From: Sulfurospirillaceae bacterium | GTDB taxonomy: Bacteria; Campylobacterota; Campylobacteria; Campylobacterales; Sulfurospirillaceae | DNA length: 64,000 nucleotides | Direction of reading: 5' to 3' | NCBI GenBank assembly: GCA_033723415.1 | Contig: JAWVXD010000005.1 | Coordinates: 128,001-192,000, forward strand | In this document: piece after piece, positions 21,199-31,475 of the stretch | Layout: each line of letters begins with the position of its first letter | Position numbering within the stretch: position 1 is the first letter of the stretch | Program-made: the position numbers and the translations under genes | Notes under the pieces: generated by a model | What the model was told of the DNA's origin: nothing | The model's database searches: none | What the model saw: only the letters and a program-made list of their open reading frames with translations

Positions 21199-21253
21199 TT
21201 GACAATAGAAGAAAAAAGCTGTAATATTTCAAAATGAATGACCGTCAGTCATT
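21199..21253 (+). promoter_or_regulatory. sigma70 promoter (TTGACA-17-TAATAT) with palindromic operator AATGAC-N5-GTCATT
   Basis: -35 at 21199, -10 at 21222, palindrome 21237-21253 just before the tetR RBS. Confidence 0.75.
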
Positions 21254-21265
21254 ATAGGAGAAATT

Positions 21266-21883
21266 ATGGCACGTATTATAGATAAAGAAGAAAAACGCTG
21301 CGATATTGCCCTTGCATCTATTGATCTTTTTTGTGAGAAAGGTATCCAGCAAACCAGCATTGACGAGATAGCCAAAAGTGCAGGTGTCGCTAAAGGTACG
21401 ATCTACCTCTACTTTAAAAATAAAGATGAAATTGTCTTTTCAATCTGGGAGTATCTTGCCCAAAAACATATAAATGCTTTCAATTCTATAGTCAAACCTT
21501 CAATGAACGCTAGAGAAAAAATTCTTTTGTTTTATAATTTTGAAGAATTTGATGAATCTACTGTTGAAGCAGAAAAGATTCTTAATCTGTATCAGCATTT
21601 TATAAGTTCTATGCTCATTGATACCACTGGTATTTATGCGGAATATTCACAAAGCTTTTTTCAAAGAGATTTTGATTTTATATCTGCTTGTCTGCAAGAA
21701 GGTGTTGATTCAGGTGAGTTCAAAGAAATGGATATTACACTTTTGACAAATACTTTAGTCATGATCATTAAAGGCACCTTGATAAAATCAAAGGCTTGTC
21801 AATTTAATTTTAAAAGAACAAAAACCTTTTTAAATCAGCATCTTAAATTCGTTTTAGAAAACTTTGCAAGGAAAGAATTATGA
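21266..21883 (+). CDS. TetR/AcrR family regulator
   Basis: TSIDEIAKSAGVAKGTIYLYFKNKDEI HTH. Confidence 0.95.
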   Translation: MARIIDKEEKRCDIALASIDLFCEKGIQQTSIDEIAKSAGVAKGTIYLYFKNKDEIVFSIWEYLAQKHINAFNSIVKPSMNAREKILLFYNFEEFDESTVEAEKILNLYQHFISSMLIDTTGIYAEYSQSFFQRDFDFISACLQEGVDSGEFKEMDITLLTNTLVMIIKGTLIKSKACQFNFKRTKTFLNQHLKFVLENFARKEL

Positions 21884-22620
21884 AAAAAATAATATTACTG
21901 TTGCTGCTTCTTATGCAGGCTCTTTTGGCTGAAGAAGTATATGCAACATTTGACGTTGTCAGCAATAAAAGCTCAGACCTCGGGTTATCAGTTTCCGGTG
22001 TCGTCGGCTCTTTGTATGTTGATGTGGGTGACACTGTAAAAAAAGGCACCTTGCTTTTGAGTTTAAAAAACGATCAAGAACAACAAGAGGTAAATAGTGC
22101 CAGGACTGCTGTAGCAATAGCGCAAAAATATGCAGAACACTCTCAAAAAATTTATGACAGATATGCAAAAATTTCAGATGTTATAGACAAAGAAAAAATG
22201 GAAAACTACATATACAATAGAGATATAAATGCGCTAAATCTAAAAAATGCGCTAAACACACTCCATCTAAGAGAGATCCAACTAGCCAAAACTCAACTTC
22301 GTGCACCTTATGACTTGGTTGTCACAAAGAAAATGACCGAACTTGGAAACATTGTTTTAGGATCTCAAACAAAACTTTTAAGCGTGACTTCTCCTAAAGA
22401 CATCAAACTAGTTTTAAAATTTGATGAAAAGTATTGGAAAGAAATAAAGATCGGTCAAAAATTTACTTATAAAGTAGATGGAAGCAATATGACGTATCAA
22501 GGAACTATCAGTAAAATTTATCCGACTGTTATCCAAAGTACACGTAAAATGCAAGCTGAAGTAAAAGCATTCAACCTTATGCCTGGTCTTTTTGGAAGCG
22601 GCATGATAACGGTAAAATAG
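21880..22620 (+). CDS. RND periplasmic adaptor (MFP)
   Basis: VSGVVGSLYVDVGDTVKKG lipoyl-like motif, LRAPYD; precedes RND. Confidence 0.9.
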   Translation: MKKIILLLLLLMQALLAEEVYATFDVVSNKSSDLGLSVSGVVGSLYVDVGDTVKKGTLLLSLKNDQEQQEVNSARTAVAIAQKYAEHSQKIYDRYAKISDVIDKEKMENYIYNRDINALNLKNALNTLHLREIQLAKTQLRAPYDLVVTKKMTELGNIVLGSQTKLLSVTSPKDIKLVLKFDEKYWKEIKIGQKFTYKVDGSNMTYQGTISKIYPTVIQSTRKMQAEVKAFNLMPGLFGSGMITVK

Positions 22621-22623
22621 CCC

Positions 22624-25600
22624 ATGTATAAATTAGCCATAAACCGCCCTATTACAACGCTGATGGGCGTACTGACATTTATCGTTTTTGGTCTGATAGC
22701 GTACAATACAATGCCTGTCAATCTGTTTCCAAATGTTGATTTTCCAATCGTTACTGTTCAAACTACATATAACGGAGCTGATGCTTCAACCGTGGAATCA
22801 AAGGTAACAGACAAGATAGAAGAAGCAGTCTCAGGAGTTGACGGGATAGACAAATTGATGTCTACAAGCTACGAAGGACTTAGTGTAGTTACGATTCAAT
22901 TTAAACTAAATAAAAATCTTAATGCTGCAACAAATGATGTCAGAGACAAGGTCGGCGCACTAAACCTACCTATCGAAGTGGATAAACCTGTTGTTAAAAA
23001 ATTGGGTGCAACAGGCAGTGTTATCAGTCTATTTATCGCAAATAAAGATGGTAATCCTATCAAATTAATGCGCCTTGCAAATGAAAAACTAAAACCTCAA
23101 CTTCAACGTATAAAAGGGGTGGGCGAAGTCAATATTTTAGGTTATAGAGATCGAGAAATTCGTATCTTTCTTAATCCTTTTGCACTCAATAAATACAATC
23201 TAAGTGCTACTGAAGTGAGTGCGATCATACAAAAACAAAATATAAAACAAGGTGCCGGTAAACTAATAGACGATAAACAGGAGATCATCATCAAAGTTGA
23301 AGGTGATGCAAAAAACATCGAAGAGATGAAAGATCTTGAGATAAAACCTGGTATCAGACTCAAAGATATAGCAACGATCAAAGATGGACTTAGTGATCCA
23401 AAGAGTTATTCTTCTTATAACGGACAAGAAGGTATTACGATCGAGGTAAAGAAAATCGCCGGTGAAAATGTACTGGATATCATCAAAGCCGTCAAAAAAA
23501 CGATGCCTACACTGCAACGCATGGCAGGTAAAAATTTTTCTATAAAAGTATTACAAGACCAATCTGAAAAGATTATGGTCAATATAGACAATGTACGTTT
23601 TGATCTAATTTTTGGTGCATTTCTCTCTATATTTATCGTTTTTGTTTTCCTAAGAAACGTTACTGCCACTTTTGTTTCTGCTTTGGCTATCCCTACTTCC
23701 GTGATCGGCACTTTTGCGATCATGCATATCTTGGGTTACGATCTCAATAAATTAACACTTATTGGACTGACTCTGGCTATCGGTATCTTTATAGATGATG
23801 CTATAGTCGTTATTGAAAACATCATGAAAAAGATGGAAGACGGCATGGAGCCTTTTCGTGCTTCTTTTGAAGGTATTAAAGAAGTAGCATTTTCCATATT
23901 GGCCATATCTTCTGTTTTATTAGCCGTGTTTATACCTGTCGCCTTTATGGATGGAATCGTAGGGATGTTCTTTAACTCTTTTGCCATGACCGTGGCATCA
24001 GGTATATTTATCTCTTATCTTGTAGCAGTTATGTTTATTCCAAGTGTTGGGGCACGTGTGCTTAGCTCTAAAGAGAGTTGGTTTTATCATGCCACTGAAC
24101 CAATACTAAAAGCTATTGATAAAGCATATGTATGGATCTTAAAACCTCTGATCCGCTTCAAAACAATAACCATAATAATCACAATTTGCCTACTTATAGC
24201 ATCTGCTACGCTAAAAGTCGGTATGACCTTTTTGCCTATGCAAGACAATAGTGAATTTCAAATAACGATCAAAGCCCCAGTCGGACTCAATATTGAGACA
24301 ATGAGAAAAAAAGTTTCTCCTATTGATGCCCAGTTAAAAAAAGATAAAAATATAGAATACTCGATCGTTTCTATAGGTTACAATGCAGCCAAAGAGATAA
24401 ACAAGGCAAGAATTTACGTAAAACTTACTCCTGTAGAAAAGCGTAAACTTTCGCAAGAACAAATCATTCAATATTATCGTGAAAAGTTTAAATCCATAAA
24501 AGACATGACCATATCTGTTGAGAAAGTTGATGATTTTAACACGGGAGGCCCTACCGCACCTGTTCAGGTCGTTATAACAGGGGAAAGTTTAAAAGTACTT
24601 GATCAAACCTCTCAAAAATTGATGACATTATTACGCAAAACAAAAGGTATTGTCGATGTGGATCGAGATTTTGAAAAAGGTAAGCCGGAACTTCGTATCA
24701 AGATATTGCGAGAAAATGCGCAAAGAGTGGGAGTCAGTGTAAAAGATATAGCAAATATTTTAGTCTCCGCATATTCTAGTGACAGTGCTGTTTCCTATTA
24801 TGAAGATAACGGACGTCAATTCGATGTCACAGTTAGATTTAAAGATGCTTTTAGAGAGTCTATAAAAGATTTGAAAAAACTGCAAGTACGAAATGCAAAC
24901 GGCAAGCTTGTTTCTCTCGATGGACTTATTTCTATCACCAAAGCAACAGGTACAGCATCGATCAACAGATTTGATAGAGAGAGAAAGGTGCTTGTAACTG
25001 CAAATATTTTTGGAACTTCTCTTGACAAGATCGTTGCCGTTATTAACAAAAATATAAAAAGTATTTTGCCTCAAGGCTATAATTACCGTTATACCGGAGA
25101 TGTTGAAAACATGAACGATACCAATAAAGCATTTGCTGCAGCCGTGCTTTTGGCGGTCATCTTGATCTATCTGATCTTAGCAGCTCTATATGAATCTTTG
25201 ATTCAGCCTTTTATTATCATGATCTCGATGCCGTTATCATTTACCGGAGTCATGATAGCACTATATCTAAGCGGTAACTCTTTTAGCCTCTTTGTCATGA
25301 TAGGTGTTATTTTACTTCTTGGAATGGTCGGGAAAAATGCTATTTTGGTCGTAGATTTTGCGAATCGTGCGATCAAAGAAGGTAAAGATGTAGATAGTGC
25401 TTTACTTGAAGCAGGAGAGAGACGCCTTCGTCCTATCTTAATGACGACTTTTGCCATGATAGGAGCGATGATCCCCTTGGCATTTGGCGGAGGTGCAGGA
25501 CATGAATTAAATTCACCTATGGCTTTGGCCGTAATTGGAGGACTTGTTAGTTCAACAGCTTTGACACTACTGGTAGTTCCGGCTATTTATAAGTTTATGT

Positions 25601-25653
25601 ATCCTGTTGATAGATGGCTTAGAAAGTGGTATGAAAAGGGAGAGGTAAAATAA
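22624..25653 (+). CDS. RND efflux permease (AcrB/HAE1 family)
   Basis: GIFIDDAIVVIEN, GKNAILVVDFA, RLRPILMTT; 1009 aa. Confidence 0.96.
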   Translation: MYKLAINRPITTLMGVLTFIVFGLIAYNTMPVNLFPNVDFPIVTVQTTYNGADASTVESKVTDKIEEAVSGVDGIDKLMSTSYEGLSVVTIQFKLNKNLNAATNDVRDKVGALNLPIEVDKPVVKKLGATGSVISLFIANKDGNPIKLMRLANEKLKPQLQRIKGVGEVNILGYRDREIRIFLNPFALNKYNLSATEVSAIIQKQNIKQGAGKLIDDKQEIIIKVEGDAKNIEEMKDLEIKPGIRLKDIATIKDGLSDPKSYSSYNGQEGITIEVKKIAGENVLDIIKAVKKTMPTLQRMAGKNFSIKVLQDQSEKIMVNIDNVRFDLIFGAFLSIFIVFVFLRNVTATFVSALAIPTSVIGTFAIMHILGYDLNKLTLIGLTLAIGIFIDDAIVVIENIMKKMEDGMEPFRASFEGIKEVAFSILAISSVLLAVFIPVAFMDGIVGMFFNSFAMTVASGIFISYLVAVMFIPSVGARVLSSKESWFYHATEPILKAIDKAYVWILKPLIRFKTITIIITICLLIASATLKVGMTFLPMQDNSEFQITIKAPVGLNIETMRKKVSPIDAQLKKDKNIEYSIVSIGYNAAKEINKARIYVKLTPVEKRKLSQEQIIQYYREKFKSIKDMTISVEKVDDFNTGGPTAPVQVVITGESLKVLDQTSQKLMTLLRKTKGIVDVDRDFEKGKPELRIKILRENAQRVGVSVKDIANILVSAYSSDSAVSYYEDNGRQFDVTVRFKDAFRESIKDLKKLQVRNANGKLVSLDGLISITKATGTASINRFDRERKVLVTANIFGTSLDKIVAVINKNIKSILPQGYNYRYTGDVENMNDTNKAFAAAVLLAVILIYLILAALYESLIQPFIIMISMPLSFTGVMIALYLSGNSFSLFVMIGVILLLGMVGKNAILVVDFANRAIKEGKDVDSALLEAGERRLRPILMTTFAMIGAMIPLAFGGGAGHELNSPMALAVIGGLVSSTALTLLVVPAIYKFMYPVDRWLRKWYEKGEVK

Positions 25654-25662
25654 ATAGTACGC

Positions 25663-25696
25663 AGTGTGCCGATCTTTTATAATAGGTCGGCACACT
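25663..25696. terminator. Strong stem-loop between convergent RND and aclA
   Basis: AGTGTGCCGATCT / AGGTCGGCACACT. Confidence 0.6.
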
Positions 25697-25707
25697 ACAA
25701 AAAAAGT

Positions 25708-27522
25708 CTAAGCTTCTAGTGTCTCAATATCATAAAGTATGTCATCCCACGGATGTCTGTACATAGGCATATTGAGTCTTTTTTCATCTAGTATGTGTCC
25801 TATAAATCCAATACAACGTCCCAATATGAAAAAGGCATTTAACGCTCCGGCATCTATAAAAGTATTGATCTCGTCATTGTCATATCCAAGCTCTCTCCAC
25901 ATATCTACCATCAAAACACCTATAGTTCCATCGACATTTAAGATCAAATTATCTTTTTTTGAGGTTGTCTCTTTTTCTATCTCTAATGCATAATCTAAGA
26001 TCGGACTTGACGGAAAGTTTTCTGCAACAAATTTTTTAAGCCCTGTTATCCTTAAATCAGGATTTCTTACAGACTTGATCCTATGTCCGATTCCAGGTAT
26101 AGGTATACCCTCTTTTTTCATGTATTTTAAAAACTCTTTTGGACTTAGATTGTTATCATAACCGTATTTGAAATATTTTGCAGCTCCATCTATCGCTCCG
26201 CCAAATCTCGGACCGATCGTTAAAAGACCGGATATCAAAGAGCTAACGACATCTTTTCCTGCACGTGCAGTTACTTTTGCATTGTGTGCCCCACTCACCG
26301 CAGGACCGTGATCTGCAACCGTTTTGAGAACTGTTTCAATAAAATCAACTGCCCATCTAGGATATCTTTGCTTAAACCAAAGGATGCTCATAACATCTCC
26401 TAGCGTATATCCTGTGTCAGGAGTAGCGACCTTTGATATAGGAATACCGCAATATGTAGCTTCTTCACCTCTATCATCACTGATCGTACAGATAAAATTT
26501 CTAGCTTTTCTATCTTCTTTGATAGTTTTTACGGCAGGTTCTTCAATCTTTTCAATCACTCCGCTTGATAGCAATTCTTCATAGACGCTATGTATCACGG
26601 AAGGTATTTCGTTAAATGACGAAGGCACATGAAATCCGGCTTCTTTCATCGCTTTGTTTTTTGCTTCTGCTGTTTCTCTATCTGCATTTGCACTAGCTCC
26701 GGCATGACCAAATTGTACGCCGCTTTCAAAATGCTTTGCGATAGTTCCGATACACCATCCGATTATCGGTTTTGTGATCTTGCCGCTTTTCACGGCATCT
26801 ATGACCTTGTATTCTTCATCCCCGCCAACTTCTCCGAGCAAGATCATGTATTTTACATCAGGGTTTGTTTCCATTCTCATAATATTGTCTATAAAAACAG
26901 ATCCTACAAATCTATCCCCGCCTATAGCAACACCTTCTGCTATACCATCGGCATTGATAGAGATAATATTTGCCATCTCATTGAAAAGCCCCCCGCTTCT
27001 CGTCACTAATCCGCAACTCCCGCATCTGTTAAGCTTTGAGTTTACTATGTTCTCTAGAGTACCGCCGATATTTGCTATCTTAAATGCTCCTGGTGCGATT
27101 CCACCAACAGTAGCAGGTCCTATGATAGTTACACCCTTTTCACGAGCTAATGCATTCATAAGTCTTGCTCTTCTCTCCGGGATTCCCTCAGCCGTAACCA
27201 TAATAGTCCTAAATTGACCGTCTAACTCTATAGCTTCCATAACAACATCATATGCTGTTCTAAATGAGCCGAAATTTAATAATACGTCAGCATTCGGATG
27301 ATGTAGCGCAGCTTCATGCGTATTTCTATAAAGAGGAATCATAATCTCTTCACTTCCATAGAAGAATTTGTCAAATGTTGCTGTACTTGTTGGAGCTACG
27401 ATGGCGGCAATAGAAGGCTTTTCTCTATCTATAATATAATCATAATCTAACATTCGCTGGATCGCACTTCTGTTGTTATTCCAAAATATTGCTTGCGTGT
27501 CTTTTGTAAATAATCTACTCAT
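25708..27522 (-). CDS. aclA: ATP citrate lyase alpha subunit
   Basis: IIGPATVGG, FGHAGA phospho-His site, ADHGPAVSGAHN and GIGHRIKS citryl-CoA lyase domain. Confidence 0.96.
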   Translation of the reverse strand: MSRLFTKDTQAIFWNNNRSAIQRMLDYDYIIDREKPSIAAIVAPTSTATFDKFFYGSEEIMIPLYRNTHEAALHHPNADVLLNFGSFRTAYDVVMEAIELDGQFRTIMVTAEGIPERRARLMNALAREKGVTIIGPATVGGIAPGAFKIANIGGTLENIVNSKLNRCGSCGLVTRSGGLFNEMANIISINADGIAEGVAIGGDRFVGSVFIDNIMRMETNPDVKYMILLGEVGGDEEYKVIDAVKSGKITKPIIGWCIGTIAKHFESGVQFGHAGASANADRETAEAKNKAMKEAGFHVPSSFNEIPSVIHSVYEELLSSGVIEKIEEPAVKTIKEDRKARNFICTISDDRGEEATYCGIPISKVATPDTGYTLGDVMSILWFKQRYPRWAVDFIETVLKTVADHGPAVSGAHNAKVTARAGKDVVSSLISGLLTIGPRFGGAIDGAAKYFKYGYDNNLSPKEFLKYMKKEGIPIPGIGHRIKSVRNPDLRITGLKKFVAENFPSSPILDYALEIEKETTSKKDNLILNVDGTIGVLMVDMWRELGYDNDEINTFIDAGALNAFFILGRCIGFIGHILDEKRLNMPMYRHPWDDILYDIETLEA

Positions 27523-27523
27523 T

Positions 27524-28852
27524 TTAATTTCCTTTCTCTTCTAAAGCCATTCTGACTATATCCGTAACATGTGTCTCCGGTCCATAGACTTCCATATAAA
27601 GTCCCAATCTGTCCGCTGCTTCTTTTATATCTTTTAGCCCTTTTTTGTAGTTTGGACCGCCACGGCGAACATATATCTTGACACCTGTCTCTTTTAGCTT
27701 TTGTGCATATTCCTCTAGAGATTGGATTATTCCTGTAAAAGTTTTAGCAACATCCGTAAAATTTGCAATCGCCCCACCTATGATCAATATCTTATCTCTG
27801 CCCTTTGTGTCTTTATGCTTTGTCATGAGATTAAAAATAGTATCGGCATAAAACTTTGTCTCTCCAGTAGTCGGCCCACCGCTGTATTCTCCATAGTTTG
27901 CCAACTCTTTAACATTGCCACTGAGATTTGCTATCGTATCTGCATACACAACACTAGCACCGCCTCCTGCAACCATCGTCCATATTCTTCCCATTGGATT
28001 TAAAATAGTAAGTTTTAGCGATGCACCGCTTTTTGCATCTGCTTCGACTATAGCTTTTTCTTCAGGAGATTGATCTTCCATCCCAAATGCAGTGGGATAC
28101 TCTATATCTCCCCAAGAATTTTCCATAAGATACCCGGCCGTATCATCAAGTCTAGAGACAAGATCCAAAATTCCCATCTCATTGTTATCTAACATGACTA
28201 GTGGATTGATCTCCAAGTAAGCAAAGTTCATATCTCTGTAAAATTTAAAGAATGCAACTGCAAAAGATATAAAAGATTCTTTTCTATTTGCCGGTAGATC
28301 CGATGGTGCATTCGCTCTGATAATATACTCTATATCGGTATCACTTAAAGTTATAGGCAAGATCACTTCCGTGACTTTTTCATCCCATCCTTCTTCTACT
28401 TCCATACCTCCTTCAGTCGACATATAAAGTACATCGTCTTCACCTACTGTCGTAGCTGAAATATAATACTCTTGCTCTTCAGTGTGAGGTATAAAAGGTT
28501 CAACGATAAAATGAGAAAGTGTTCCATGCTGCCCGCTCAAAAGCGTAGTGGTATGTGAAATTTTTTCATTTATCCATTTAGTAGCAACTTCTAAAGATAC
28601 ATCGCCTGGTTTTTGATCACGAAACAAAACGAGAGCATTTTTACCTCTCTTGCCAAAAAGCATATCAGGTTTTGCCACAAGAGGTTCTTGTTTTAGCCAT
28701 TCAAAACCATGTTTTTCTGCTCTTTGTTTTAACTCATCTCCGCTACTTACAAGCACTGATTTGAAACTGTAGTGAAAGCCGCTAAAATACTTTTCCCAAT
28801 GTTTTGAAAAAAGTGCTTTTCCGTCATATTCTCGAATTGCCCTTTGAGCCAT
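27524..28852 (-). CDS. aclB: ATP citrate lyase beta subunit
   Basis: MAQRAIREYDGK, KPDMLFGKRGK, MVAGGGASV, IANFTDVAKTF, VRRGGPNY. Confidence 0.96.
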   Translation of the reverse strand: MAQRAIREYDGKALFSKHWEKYFSGFHYSFKSVLVSSGDELKQRAEKHGFEWLKQEPLVAKPDMLFGKRGKNALVLFRDQKPGDVSLEVATKWINEKISHTTTLLSGQHGTLSHFIVEPFIPHTEEQEYYISATTVGEDDVLYMSTEGGMEVEEGWDEKVTEVILPITLSDTDIEYIIRANAPSDLPANRKESFISFAVAFFKFYRDMNFAYLEINPLVMLDNNEMGILDLVSRLDDTAGYLMENSWGDIEYPTAFGMEDQSPEEKAIVEADAKSGASLKLTILNPMGRIWTMVAGGGASVVYADTIANLSGNVKELANYGEYSGGPTTGETKFYADTIFNLMTKHKDTKGRDKILIIGGAIANFTDVAKTFTGIIQSLEEYAQKLKETGVKIYVRRGGPNYKKGLKDIKEAADRLGLYMEVYGPETHVTDIVRMALEEKGN

Positions 28853-28954
28853 AGATAATCCTTTAAAATTCCTTATAAATTTTTATTACTAAAAATCTAT
28901 TATAATTGTATCAAAAAAATCTTTTTTTATTATAAATTAATCGGATATAGAAGA

Positions 28955-29653
28955 TTAAGAATCAGTATGATTTTCAAACACGAGTATTTTTTTGTCAATC
29001 TCGTCACTGAACATAGATATGTCAAAAGTATGTAATAAATGGAGTTTGCTTAACTTTTTAAAGAAGGAGAGCGGATGATAATATTGATAAATGGTACTAA
29101 AATTTTTTTGATATCTATCATCATTTTTTTCAAAATACACTATATCAGTTGTCAAAATTTTATCTTCAAATGTAGCATCAATAGCTAAAAATTCATTTTC
29201 TCTATTTTTAATCATAGATCCATCCGACATTTTAAATCCTAATAGAGTATTTATGTCAGCTAAGAAATATCCGCCGTTTTTAAGTACTGTTGAAATATTA
29301 TCTAAGAAGGTTTTTAAATCATCATCTTGCATATAATTTAGTACATCACCTATGCAGACTACACAGTCATATGAGTTATTCGGGATTTCAGATAATTCAG
29401 TATTTGAAACATTTATATTGAGCTTTTTTGCCCTATTTATCATCACTTGGCTTCTGTCTATTCCCAAAGCATCAAAATCATTATCTTGCAGCAATTTGAC
29501 AAATTTTCCATTGCCGCAACCTACATCTAGAACTGATTTAACATTTAGTGTGGAAATAAAATGAAGGTATGATGAATACAATTTCTCGTATTCATCATAA
29601 AAATCAATAAGAGGCTCAATTTTTGCATATAAATCAAGCGCACTTATATGCAT
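28955..29653 (-). CDS. Class I SAM-dependent methyltransferase
   Basis: VLDVGCGNG motif I. Confidence 0.88.
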   Translation of the reverse strand: MHISALDLYAKIEPLIDFYDEYEKLYSSYLHFISTLNVKSVLDVGCGNGKFVKLLQDNDFDALGIDRSQVMINRAKKLNINVSNTELSEIPNNSYDCVVCIGDVLNYMQDDDLKTFLDNISTVLKNGGYFLADINTLLGFKMSDGSMIKNRENEFLAIDATFEDKILTTDIVYFEKNDDRYQKNFSTIYQYYHPLSFFKKLSKLHLLHTFDISMFSDEIDKKILVFENHTDS

Positions 29654-29656
29654 GAT

Positions 29657-30994
29657 TTAATCAACTAAATCATTATTGAATTTTTCTTGATCGAAAGTCT
29701 TTCCTAAGTATTCACAAACTATCTTAACGTCTCTCTCTGCATTGCCAAGACAGCTAGTCGCACCAGGACTTGGAGTCATGTTGAAGATAATGCCGTTTCC
29801 TGAATTTATACTGGCTTCGCCTAGCATCAGTTTTTTATTTTTCTTATCCAATACTTGTGGTCTAACACCGCCAAAACCTTTAGCATATTCAATATCTGAT
29901 AGTTGCAAGCCAGGAATGATTTTTCTTGCATCTCTTAGAAAGAATTTTTTATTAAGATAAGGAACTTCAAATAAAAAGTTTCTAAATATGTAGTTTCTAA
30001 TATCTTTATCGCTTAGCAAATCAGCAAAAATTTTGGCAATATTATGGTCAAATCTCAAAGTCTTAAAGAAATCCATATAAGTACCGCCGGTATATCGTTC
30101 TAATTTCGGTAAAACCAATGCCGTAGGTCCAAATCTTGTATATCCGTTAGCCAAGATATCTGGATCACCGTGAAGTGCAGCAAATGGAAGTTTTGGATTT
30201 TGTACCATGTAAACTTTGCCGTTCAAGATTTTTTTAGTACTCAAGTAAAAACTACCTGCAACGGGCAAACAGCTGTAATCAAGACCTTCGCCCATCTGAT
30301 GAGCAAGAAATAATGAATGAGCTCCTGCATCTACCACAACAAAATCAGCTGTATATGTGTGAGTTGCCGTTTGAACTATGTGCATAGTTCCTAGTCTTTT
30401 AATATTTTTTATTTCTGCATTTAAATAAATATCTGTCTCTTTATCATCGTCTCTGATGGCATTTTCAACCAAGCTTTCCGCCATCATCCCAAAATCGACC
30501 GTACTGTATTGTCCGCCTTCTACACCAACGCCTACAATATTGTCTTTTCTCTCTTTTCCATTTTCATCATAGATAAGATTTGGCTCAATTTCTGCCAATT
30601 TTTCTTTTTCAAACACTTCTAAATAAGGAAATAATTCTTTGAAGTCTTCATATCTTTTGCGCATGTAATCTACTTCACGGTCACCTACACCTATGGCCAT
30701 CTTTTGATTTGCAAACATAAATTTATCTTCATATCCATGTTGTAAGCAATATTTTTCAACCATTTTTGCAGTTCTTTTGACTGATTTTGCTTTTTCAACG
30801 GTATAATTTGTCTCTATATCCCCGCAGTGAATAGTTTGAGAGTTACTCGTGCCCTTTGAGTTCAACTTAGCCAAACTATCGTATTTTTCGAATAATGCGA
30901 TTTTTTTAATATCTGTATATTTTGCCAATTCATAAAAAAGCGCTGCCCCTGATATCCCGCCACCTATCACTAATACTTCATAATGATTTCTCAT
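29657..30994 (-). CDS. mqo: Malate:quinone oxidoreductase (epsilon type)
   Basis: IGGGISG FAD motif, NSQTIHCGDIETNY, TPSPGATSCL. Confidence 0.9.
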   Translation of the reverse strand: MRNHYEVLVIGGGISGAALFYELAKYTDIKKIALFEKYDSLAKLNSKGTSNSQTIHCGDIETNYTVEKAKSVKRTAKMVEKYCLQHGYEDKFMFANQKMAIGVGDREVDYMRKRYEDFKELFPYLEVFEKEKLAEIEPNLIYDENGKERKDNIVGVGVEGGQYSTVDFGMMAESLVENAIRDDDKETDIYLNAEIKNIKRLGTMHIVQTATHTYTADFVVVDAGAHSLFLAHQMGEGLDYSCLPVAGSFYLSTKKILNGKVYMVQNPKLPFAALHGDPDILANGYTRFGPTALVLPKLERYTGGTYMDFFKTLRFDHNIAKIFADLLSDKDIRNYIFRNFLFEVPYLNKKFFLRDARKIIPGLQLSDIEYAKGFGGVRPQVLDKKNKKLMLGEASINSGNGIIFNMTPSPGATSCLGNAERDVKIVCEYLGKTFDQEKFNNDLVD

Positions 30995-31086
30995 CATTGA
31001 AAATTCCTTATATTAAATTGCTGTTAATGTTATTATATAACTTGAAAAAATATAATTAAATAATATAGTTAGTATAAAAATTAAAT

Positions 31087-31464
31087 TTATATTTTAGTCT
31101 TGAGGACAACTGCTTCGATTTCGATAAGTGCCTTCAATGGGAGCTCTTTCACTGCTATAGTTGAGCGAGCAGGTTTGTGATCACCGAAAAAATCTGCATA
31201 TATTTTATTGATTGTTGAGAAATCTTCCATATTAGCCAAAAAGATAGTTGTTTTAACTACATCTTGAAGAGAACACTGACCTTTCTTTAATATCTCACTT
31301 AAATTTGTCAAAGCCTGCTTTGTCTGTGCTTCAATGCCCTCAGCCAAAATACCTTCATTACTCATTCCAATCTGTCCTGACGTAAAGATGAAATCTTCGA
31401 TGCCGACTGCTTGAGAATATGGACCTAGTGCAGCAGGAGCTTTTTCCGTTTTGATATATTCCAT
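31087..31464 (-). CDS. ridA: RidA/YjgF family enamine deaminase
   Basis: APAALGPYSQA, SGQI, PARS motifs. Confidence 0.93.
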   Translation of the reverse strand: MEYIKTEKAPAALGPYSQAVGIEDFIFTSGQIGMSNEGILAEGIEAQTKQALTNLSEILKKGQCSLQDVVKTTIFLANMEDFSTINKIYADFFGDHKPARSTIAVKELPLKALIEIEAVVLKTKI

Positions 31465-31475
31465 TTTTTTCCCTT

